Shown in pieces: positions 17,447-24,097 of a stretch of DNA of 24,097 bases; position 1 is the first letter of the stretch, and every line of letters begins with the position of its first letter. Under the pieces are notes generated by a model that did no database searches, had not been told where the DNA came from, and saw only the letters and a list, made by a program, of their open reading frames with translations. The position numbers and the translations under genes were made by a program. The DNA comes from Armatimonadia bacterium. GTDB taxonomy: Bacteria; Armatimonadota; Zipacnadia; Zipacnadales; UBA11051. Where the stretch lies: the NCBI GenBank assembly GCA_039683575.1, contig JBDKRC010000129.1, positions 1 to 24,097 on the forward strand, in the 5' to 3' direction.

Positions 17447-17483
17447 AAAAACGCCCGGGCAGCGATGTCATGGTGCCCAGGCG
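17447..17483 (-). terminator. Riboswitch-coupled intrinsic terminator
   Basis: Minus strand CGCCTGGGCA-ccatgacatcgc-TGCCCGGGCG-TTTTT; the 5' arm is the 3' end of the aptamer. Confidence 0.88.
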
Positions 17484-17544
17484 GTCGGCGCGTACTACAG
17501 CCCTGATTCCCGTGGTGAACTCCACTATCCGCCAGTCTCAGGGC
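17474..17544 (-). ncRNA. ZMP/ZTP (pfl) riboswitch
   Basis: Minus strand GCCCTGA-GACTGGCGGATA-GTGG-AGTTCA-CCAC-GGGAA-TCAGGGC, linker, then CGCCGACCGCCTGGGCA. Shows P1, P2, GGCGG/CCGCC pseudoknot and CCUGGGCA 3' motif, in the pflB leader. Confidence 0.93.
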
Positions 17545-17564
17545 ACGCTTTTTGTTGTGTGACT

Positions 17565-17593
17565 AATATACTCTGTTGGGACGGGAATGTCAA
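17565..17593 (-). promoter_or_regulatory. Sigma70-type promoter of pflB-pflA
   Basis: Minus strand TTGACA (17593-17588), 17-nt spacer, TATATT (17570-17565), just upstream of the riboswitch. Confidence 0.85.
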
Positions 17594-17991
17594 CGGCCCG
17601 CGGTACGGGATAGCGCAATGGCCCGTAGTTGAGCCATCTGCTGTCGCGTCGTCTCCTCCTGGAGAAAGGTGGCGATCGCCTGCTCTAATTCAGCGCGGTC
17701 ATTGCATGGGACCAGACTATCCCGGTAGAAATCCAGTTGAACCGGGAAGCCTCCCAACGGCACGTACGCTTTGAACAATACGTGCTCGAAGGTGCCGTCC
17801 GGCAGACGCAGAACGAGCCGCCATTGCTGCCCCATGTTGACAACGTAGCGTGGTTCTGCAACAACCTCAATGGGCTGGAGCGCTTTCTGCAACTGGGCCG
17901 CAAGATCAGTCAGGAATGTGACTGCGGGGTTGGCTTCGCTCGAAGCCTCCCGCATCTGCTGTTGCACAAGATGAGTGAAGTCTATGGACAT
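17590..17991 (-). CDS. Hypothetical protein, 133 aa, coupled to the EEP nuclease
   Basis: Starts 5 nt after the EEP stop, AAAGG upstream, globular-looking sequence, no family recognised. Confidence 0.75.
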   Translation of the reverse strand: MSIDFTHLVQQQMREASSEANPAVTFLTDLAAQLQKALQPIEVVAEPRYVVNMGQQWRLVLRLPDGTFEHVLFKAYVPLGGFPVQLDFYRDSLVPCNDRAELEQAIATFLQEETTRQQMAQLRAIALSRTAGR

Positions 17992-17996
17992 GTGGG

Positions 17997-18974
17997 TCAG
18001 CCTTTCGCGATGAAACTCGCCAGCAGAGGCAGGTGGTCAGAACAGCCAGTGCTCGTCTTCGCTTCCGGATCATACTCCCATTTGATAGGAACGATGCGTC
18101 CGGTCCGCGCGGTGTACCGTGCGATCAGGTCGTCATGATATAGACATACTGAGCGTTCCTGGAGTTGCAGGGAATCCCCGCGCAGCAGCCCTCCCGAGAC
18201 GAGAAGCTGGTCGAATATGCAGTTGCCGTCGGGGCCAAAGCTCGTCGTGGGACGAGGCTGTCTGTAGTCATCAGCAATGGCCTCCTCGTAGTGGTCAGGC
18301 TCATCCAGCCACCGCCACATGGGGTTATAGAGGTGTGCGGGAGAGCGTCGCCAGCGAAGCGGCGTGCTGAAATGGCGGCTGCTGCGAAGCCTCGTCTGGC
18401 CGAATGGCGCCTCGAACGGCTCGGCGTTGAAGTCACCGACGAGGATAGCATCGGTTATCTTGTCCTCACCCCCCAGGCGATCCCCAAGGGCTTCTGCCGT
18501 ATCCCGGCGATCAGCTTCGTCATCAACGCCCCCCAGTTTCATGCGGCTCTTCCAATGGTTTATGATCAGTAAGAAAGGCATTCCATTTGCCCGGACGCGC
18601 ATGTGCAATAGGACATACCTGAGACGCGCTCCGCGGTTGGCGGGATACACTTCCACTGAATCGGGACCCAACACCTTGGTGGCATCCCAAAGCAGGCCAA
18701 TGCCTGCATCGGTGACCTGTTGCGAGCCTTCCCAGACCACGCTGTACCGGCCGGACCACGCGTGCTCTCCCAGTTCCTTGACCAGTCGTTCGGAGTTCAC
18801 CTCTGCGCACGCAAATATGTCTGGACCCTTGCCGTCAAACAGGAGGCCAAGCGTCCTCGCCAGCACTCCTCGCTTAAGCTCTATCTCCCGCTCAGACTGG
18901 GGACCTCGTGCTGATGATCCTGGCTCGTAGTAGTTGCAGAGATTCCAGAAAGCGAAGCTAATCCTATCATCCAT
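17997..18974 (-). CDS. Endonuclease/exonuclease/phosphatase (EEP, DNase I-like) family protein
   Basis: FWNLCN, PDIFACAEV, NHWKSR, VGDFN, LYNPMW, FDQ, SDHLP: full catalytic set, no signal peptide. Confidence 0.92.
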   Translation of the reverse strand: MDDRISFAFWNLCNYYEPGSSARGPQSEREIELKRGVLARTLGLLFDGKGPDIFACAEVNSERLVKELGEHAWSGRYSVVWEGSQQVTDAGIGLLWDATKVLGPDSVEVYPANRGARLRYVLLHMRVRANGMPFLLIINHWKSRMKLGGVDDEADRRDTAEALGDRLGGEDKITDAILVGDFNAEPFEAPFGQTRLRSSRHFSTPLRWRRSPAHLYNPMWRWLDEPDHYEEAIADDYRQPRPTTSFGPDGNCIFDQLLVSGGLLRGDSLQLQERSVCLYHDDLIARYTARTGRIVPIKWEYDPEAKTSTGCSDHLPLLASFIAKG

Positions 18975-19043
18975 GCCCTATTCACACGGCCTCTCTCCGG
19001 CGTTGTTCGACGCACATTCCGCGCCTGTGCGGGAGTCATCTTC

Positions 19044-20681
19044 TCATGCTGGTGTACCAGGATCAGGCGGTACCGGTGCCGCTGGCTCGGCCGGCTTGGC
19101 CGGCGGAGGGGTGGTCGTGGGAGTCGCGGCGTGGGCCTGCACCCGCTGGCTCAGCATGTCCGCCAGATCCAGCCCCAGCAGCGCCTTGACCTGCTCGTTG
19201 AACTGGATGAACTGGCCCGGCACCTGGCTGATTACCCGGTCGATTGGGCCCTTGCCGTCGCCGCTGCCGCCCACGTCCACGATCGAGATATTGTCGATGT
19301 TGGACAGGCCGGTGCCGATGGCATTCATCGGGGCGCCCATGGCGCGGATGATCTCGGGATAGCGCTCAACCAGAAGCTGGATGACGGCGGCATCGCCGTA
19401 GCGGTCCCAGGCCTCGGCCTTGGACTGCATACCCTCGGCTTCCGCGAGCATCTGGGCGCGGATGGCGTCAGCTTCGGCCAGACCCTTGGCGCGGATCGCC
19501 TCGGCCTCACCCTCACCAGTGGCGCGGGCGCGGGAGCCCTCACCGGCGCCAGCCTTCTCAAGCTGGGCCTGTTCGGCCTCGGCGGCGGCGATGCGGGCAT
19601 CGCGCTCACCCTGAGCGCGGATGATGGCGGACTGCCGGGCGCCCTCGGCCTCGACGATGGCGGCCTGGCGGCGGGCTTCAGCGTCAATGACGGCCTTCTT
19701 CTGGTCGGCTTCGGCGGGACGGATGCGGGTAGCCACCAGTTCCTGCTCCATGCGCGCGGCTTCCTGCTCTGCCACAGCGATCTGGGCCTTGCGCTGCACC
19801 TCAAGGATGCGTACCTGCTGGACTTCCACTTCCTGGCGGGCCTGGGCCTCGGCCAATGGCCCCGCCTGATCGGCGCGGGCACGGGCGGCGTTGGCGTCTG
19901 CATCGAACTGCGCTACATTGATGCGCTTGTTCTTGTCAGCCTCGGCGATACCCACGTCGGCAAGTATCTTGGCAGTCTCACCGACCTGGCGGGCCTGGGA
20001 TGATTTGATGTCAGCGTCGCGCTGGGCCTCAGCCATGCCGATCTGGGCGTCGCGGCGGACTTCAGCGGTACGCTTCTGGCCCAGAGCCTCGATGTAGCCG
20101 TGCTCGTCGGTGATTTCGCGGATGGGCATGTTGTCAATGACCAGGCCCATGGTTTCGAGATCGCGGGCGGATTGCTCGACGAGGCGCTCGGAGAAGGCCG
20201 CGCGGTTGCGGATCAGGTCCTCAACGGTCATCGTGCCGATGATGGCGCGCAGGTGGCCCTCCATCATCTGCTGGATGAGCTCGTGAATTTGCGGCTGACC
20301 CATCGTGAGAAAACGCTCGGCGGCGGCGCGCTGGAGGGCTTCGGTGGAGCCGATCTTGATGTTGGCGAGGGATTCAGCCTTGACCGGGACGCCGTCAATG
20401 GTAACCGACCCCACGGTCGTGACGGGGATGGCCATGACTTCCAGCGAGAGCCATTCGACGGAGACGACGATGGGCCACTTGACGAAGCCACCGCCCTGGA
20501 CGAGGCGGAAGCCGACGGCATTGCCTTCAGCGTCACGAACGCGGCGACCGAAGACGACAGCGACGCGGTTTGGGGGAACGCGGACGTAGTAGTATGCAAT
20601 GATGCCCATCAGGGCAAATAGTAGAACTACCAACCCGCCGATGTAGACCGCCGTCATTCCTAGATCCAACATGGGTGTCAC
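19044..20681 (-). CDS. Flotillin-family SPFH domain membrane protein
   Basis: N-terminal TM helix, VRVPPNRVAVVFG, AAAERFL, EGHLRAIIGTMTVEDL, AEA-rich coiled coil, IDNISIVD. Start is GTG 20681 or ATG 20672. Confidence 0.95.
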   Translation of the reverse strand: MTPMLDLGMTAVYIGGLVVLLFALMGIIAYYYVRVPPNRVAVVFGRRVRDAEGNAVGFRLVQGGGFVKWPIVVSVEWLSLEVMAIPVTTVGSVTIDGVPVKAESLANIKIGSTEALQRAAAERFLTMGQPQIHELIQQMMEGHLRAIIGTMTVEDLIRNRAAFSERLVEQSARDLETMGLVIDNMPIREITDEHGYIEALGQKRTAEVRRDAQIGMAEAQRDADIKSSQARQVGETAKILADVGIAEADKNKRINVAQFDADANAARARADQAGPLAEAQARQEVEVQQVRILEVQRKAQIAVAEQEAARMEQELVATRIRPAEADQKKAVIDAEARRQAAIVEAEGARQSAIIRAQGERDARIAAAEAEQAQLEKAGAGEGSRARATGEGEAEAIRAKGLAEADAIRAQMLAEAEGMQSKAEAWDRYGDAAVIQLLVERYPEIIRAMGAPMNAIGTGLSNIDNISIVDVGGSGDGKGPIDRVISQVPGQFIQFNEQVKALLGLDLADMLSQRVQAHAATPTTTPPPAKPAEPAAPVPPDPGTPA

Positions 20682-20777
20682 CCTTCCTCCCGGCCACCGT
20701 AGCGGCCCGTAGATGAGACGTAGCTAGTAGCAGCGGCGGTGCGATAGCCGCCGCCGGATGATATGGGCTGTTTGCGA

Positions 20778-21359
20778 TCAGGAAGTGACGTGGCGGACGA
20801 CGAGGGTGCCACCGAGTTCCTCGGTCACAATTACGCGGCAACCCTCTGCGAGGGGCTCCGAACCTTCCGCACGTGCGAGAGCTTTGAGGGGCACGCCCCG
20901 GGCGTAGATTCTGATCTCGCCCACGCCATTTTGGGGGATGGTGGTCAGGACAACGCCCTCCTGGCCGATCAGATGCATGGTCGAGATGGTGCTGGTGGCT
21001 TCCTGGTTGTACAGGAAGCGGCTGAAGCGGAAGACGATGATGGCGATGAGGAGGCCCACAGCGGCGCCGAAGGGGGCGCTGAAGATGCCCCATTTGAGCA
21101 TGTCGTAGCCAATGAGACCACCCCAGCCCCAGCCGCCGATGAAACCGAGGATGGTGCGCAGGCTTATGTAGCCGGGCCCCTCGGACTGGTGCCCCTCGGC
21201 TGAGTGGCCGGCGTCCACATGGCCGTGGAGGTCAATGACGTGCCCGGCTTCGAGGCCGCCGTGGCCGAAGTCGTGACCGCCGCCCAGCAGGAGCAGGATA
21301 AGCGTGATGAGGGTACCGCCGATGGCCATCGACCAGTAAATGGTGGGTAGTAGTTCCAT
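20778..21359 (-). CDS. NfeD-like (YuaF/YqiJ-type) membrane protein
   Basis: TM helix, His/Gly-rich loop, SLRTILGFIGGWGWGGL, OB-fold C-terminus LIGQEGVVLTTIPQNGVGEI. Directly upstream of flotillin; GGAGGGG RBS. Confidence 0.92.
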   Translation of the reverse strand: MELLPTIYWSMAIGGTLITLILLLLGGGHDFGHGGLEAGHVIDLHGHVDAGHSAEGHQSEGPGYISLRTILGFIGGWGWGGLIGYDMLKWGIFSAPFGAAVGLLIAIIVFRFSRFLYNQEATSTISTMHLIGQEGVVLTTIPQNGVGEIRIYARGVPLKALARAEGSEPLAEGCRVIVTEELGGTLVVRHVTS

Positions 21360-21551
21360 CGCTCCCCCTCCTTGAGTGGACCGGGAATGTCCCGGCTGCG
21401 CATAGAGGCCTAGTCATGATTCACGGCAGACGCAGCGATTCCTTCTTTTCTGTTGCAGGAAAGTGTACTTCAGGCAGGCAGTGGCGCAGGATTGTTGGGG
21501 TGGGGGCACGAATCATCGAGGAGTGACGTGATTTCGAGAGGGGGTATGGTC

Positions 21552-22232
21552 ATGGCGGACTGGGAAAGCGTGTTGCGCAAGTTGCTGGGGTTGGATGTCA
21601 ATGACCCCAGGCGCGGTCAACATGAACTGCAGGAGATGCTGGAGAGCTTTCTGGAGGAGGCCCGGCGGAAGCGGGCAGAGATCAACGCTGAGCTGGGGCA
21701 GATGCGCGCCGAGGCAATAGTGCTGGGCAGGCGGCGGAAAGCGAGCACGGAGCAGGTGCGCAAGTGGGGGGAGAGGGCAGAGGCTGCCCTGCGCGCGGGG
21801 GATGAGCAGCAGGCGCGGGAGCATCTGCGGCGCCAGCGGAGCTTCGAGGATGTGACGGCTGATTGGGAGCGGCAGGCTTCGGCGCAGGAGCAGGGCGTGC
21901 AGGCGCTGGAACAGGCGAGCAGGCAGCTTGCGAGCGGCATCGCGGAGGCGGAGACGCGGCTGGTGGCGCTGGTCTCGCGGCACAAGGCGGCGACGGCGGC
22001 GGCGAAGGTCGAGGGCATCCTGCAGCGCATGGGCGAGCCCACCGACCCCCACCCAGGCTACAAGGTGGCGGAGGTCTCGGTAGACGCCGAGGAAGCCTGG
22101 GCAAAGGCGCTGGCGGAGACCAGCGCGGCAACGGTGGAAAAGCGGCTGCGCGCGCTGGAGGATGGGGAGCAGGAGGCGGAGATTGAGAGGCGGCTGGCGG
22201 AGATGCGGGAGCGGGTGGAGGGGAAGAGATAG
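21552..22232 (+). CDS. pspA: PspA/IM30-family protein
   Basis: All-helical; KWGERAEAALRAGDEQQAREHLRRQ, C-terminal VEKRLRALE...EIERRLAEMRER. GAGGGG RBS; ATG 21552 or 21546. Confidence 0.85.
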   Translation: MADWESVLRKLLGLDVNDPRRGQHELQEMLESFLEEARRKRAEINAELGQMRAEAIVLGRRRKASTEQVRKWGERAEAALRAGDEQQAREHLRRQRSFEDVTADWERQASAQEQGVQALEQASRQLASGIAEAETRLVALVSRHKAATAAAKVEGILQRMGEPTDPHPGYKVAEVSVDAEEAWAKALAETSAATVEKRLRALEDGEQEAEIERRLAEMRERVEGKR

Positions 22233-22544
22233 ACGCGTAGGCGGGTTCATCCCTGAACCCGCGTGTTACGGGGTGTCGGTTCGAGACGAACCGACCTACG
22301 CGTCGTAGGACCGGCGCAATGCGCCCGTACAACGAAAAGCCGCGTAGGTGGGTGCGTCTCGCACCCACAAGGTTGCGCGGGATGACCAGGTGTCGGTTCG
22401 ATACGAGCCGACCTACGCGTTCACAGGACCAAAACGGCGGCATAGTGCCCGTACAACGAAAAGCCGCGTAGGTGGGTGCGTCCCGCACCCACAAGATTGC
22501 GCGGGATGACGATGGTGTCGGTTCGAGACGAGCCGACCTACGCG
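22233..22544. repeat. Cluster of three GTAG-type REP doublets (REPIN/BIME-like)
   Basis: Units 22233-22303, 22341-22419 and 22465-22544, each CGCGTAGG-hairpin ... hairpin-CCTACGCG. Units 2 and 3 with leader GCCCGTACAACGAAAAGC repeat with a 124-nt period. Confidence 0.9.
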
Positions 22545-22564
22545 CTAAGGAGACAGGTTTGCCT

Positions 22565-23809
22565 ATGTCAGATTATCTTCCGACCGCAATCCCCACCGCC
22601 CGCCAGCTTGAGTATCAGGACTGGGAGATGGGACTCTTTCTGCACTTTGGCATCCGCACGTTCTACGAGGGGCACCGGGATTGGGATGGCAAGCCGATGT
22701 ACCCGGAGGCCTTCAATCCCACCGAGTTCGACCCGGAGAACTGGGTGCTGGCAGCCAAGGAAGCGGGGATGAAGTACCTGGTACTGACTGCCAAGCATCA
22801 TGACGGCTTCGCCAACTGGCCCTCGAAGTACACGAAATTCAGCGTGGCCTCATCGGGGTGGCAACACGGGCAGGGGGACGTGGTGCGGGACTTCATTGCC
22901 GCCTGCCGCAAGCACGACATGCACCCTGGGCTCTACTATTCGCCAGCCGAGGCGGGCGACGCGTTCAAGCAGGACGCGAAGGCCTATGATGACTACTTCA
23001 TCAACCAGATCAGTGAGATTCTGGTACCATACGGGCCGATTGACGTGCTGTGGTTCGACGGCTGCGGGTCGGCGGATCACCAGTATGACTGGGCGCGCAT
23101 CACCGATGAGATACGGCGTATGCAACCCGAAGTGCAGATCTTCAGCATGGGCACCGACCCGAACTTCCGGTGGGTAGGCAACGAGTCGGGCATCGCGCCC
23201 GTCCCGTCCTGGAATGCCGTGCGCTCTGACGTGTTTGACAAAGCCGATGAGAATACGCCGGTGAAGTGGCTGCCCGCCGAGTGCGACTGCCGGATGCGGC
23301 AGCAGAACTGGTTCTACAGCGATCAGGACGAGGACACGGTAAAGAGCCTGGAGCAGCTCATGGGACTGTACTACTACTCCGTGGGCCGGGGCTGCAACCT
23401 GCTGATCAACATCGGGCCGGACCGGCGCGGGCTCTTGCCGGACAAGGACCGGACACGGCTGCTCGAGTTCGGGGAAGAGGTGCGGAGGCGCTTTGGGAAG
23501 CCACTGGCGGGGCTGGGGGACTTCAAGCAGAGCGACAATGTGTGGACCTATGCGCCCGACAAGCCGGTTTTGATGGACCATGTGGTGGTGCAGGAGGACC
23601 TGACGACCGGTGAGCGCGTGCGGAAGTTTGAGGTGGAAGCCTATGTGGGGGGCGGGCCGGCGGATTGGGTCAAGCTTTGGGATGGGTACAGCATCGGGCA
23701 CAAGGCGATCTGCCGGTTCCCGCTCTTGCAGGTATATCAGGTGCGGCTGAAGGTGACGGAGGCGGATGGGGAAGTGCGGCTGCGGAGTCTGGAAATACAC
23801 CAAAGCTAA
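22565..23809 (+). CDS. Alpha-L-fucosidase (GH29)
   Basis: LFLHFG, LTAKHHDGFANWPS, GLYYSP, LWFDG (nucleophile), RWVGNESG, WLPAECD, SVGRGCNLLINIGPD. No signal peptide. Confidence 0.95.
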   Translation: MSDYLPTAIPTARQLEYQDWEMGLFLHFGIRTFYEGHRDWDGKPMYPEAFNPTEFDPENWVLAAKEAGMKYLVLTAKHHDGFANWPSKYTKFSVASSGWQHGQGDVVRDFIAACRKHDMHPGLYYSPAEAGDAFKQDAKAYDDYFINQISEILVPYGPIDVLWFDGCGSADHQYDWARITDEIRRMQPEVQIFSMGTDPNFRWVGNESGIAPVPSWNAVRSDVFDKADENTPVKWLPAECDCRMRQQNWFYSDQDEDTVKSLEQLMGLYYYSVGRGCNLLINIGPDRRGLLPDKDRTRLLEFGEEVRRRFGKPLAGLGDFKQSDNVWTYAPDKPVLMDHVVVQEDLTTGERVRKFEVEAYVGGGPADWVKLWDGYSIGHKAICRFPLLQVYQVRLKVTEADGEVRLRSLEIHQS

Positions 23810-23864
23810 CGTCAGAATTGTCGCAGTGACTGCGACCATTGTGACATTGGGCTGCAGAAACAGC

Positions 23865-23906
23865 ACGGGCCGGAGGCGCGACAGGTATGCGCCTCCGGCC
23901 CGTTTT
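23865..23906 (+). terminator. Intrinsic terminator between convergent genes
   Basis: ACGGGCCGGAGGCGC-gacaggtat-GCGCCTCCGGCCCGT followed by TTTCGTT. Confidence 0.85.
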
Positions 23907-23962
23907 CGTTACATTGGTTAAGTTCGCGTGCGTCAACAGCAGGCCATTTTGGTCTGCTTGGG

Positions 23963-24097
23963 CTACAGTTCGATGATCGCCGGGCGGTTGCCCACGCTCA
24001 GGGCTGCCTCAGCGATTCTGGTGGCCTCGATGCCCTCTTTGGCGCCGGCGATGGGGGCCTTGCCGGTCTTGCAGCATTCGATGAAGCTGGCCATCTG
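23963..24097 (-). CDS. 3' end of a probable Gfo/Idh/MocA oxidoreductase (partial)
   Basis: Manual translation QMASFIECCKTGKAPIAGAKEGIEATRIAEAALSVGNRPAIIEL*, resembling the family C-terminus. Confidence 0.6.
   Translation of the reverse strand, partial: QMASFIECCKTGKAPIAGAKEGIEATRIAEAALSVGNRPAIIEL

Noticed and set aside
17560-19043. IS, integron cassette or prophage boundaries around the EEP pair
   Set aside because: No transposase, integrase, terminal inverted repeats, target duplication or attC-like site could be identified by eye.
22233-22544. Possible CRISPR array
   Set aside because: Units alternate in orientation, the intervening sequences are themselves repeated and no cas genes are present; it fits REP doublets.

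Overview
GC-rich bacterial chromosomal window (probably an anaerobic or facultative, carbohydrate-degrading lineage; taxonomy cannot be fixed from sequence alone). In order it holds: the end of an archaeal-type shikimate entry pair (ADH synthase plus 3-dehydroquinate synthase II); a stand-alone ComEC-like MBL hydrolase; an AraC regulator upstream of a divergent QueG/reductive-dehalogenase-like Fe-S protein; a large secreted clan-GH-A-like protein whose start is preceded by a perfect 30-bp palindrome; a degenerate WrbA-like protein plus a receiver-only response regulator; a DegT aminotransferase; a secreted TPR protein; a zinc-ribbon protein; a secreted tandem nitrilase-fold protein whose first domain lacks the catalytic Cys; pflB-pflA under a complete sigma70 promoter, ZTP (pfl) riboswitch and terminator; a compositionally distinct two-gene cassette (EEP nuclease plus 133-aa unknown protein, a candidate undescribed defence or TA-like module); NfeD-flotillin divergent from PspA; a GH29 fucosidase; and the tail of a probable Gfo/Idh/MocA oxidoreductase. 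Intergenic spaces carry several unrelated REP-like repeat families. No tRNA, rRNA, CRISPR array or transposase was recognised.
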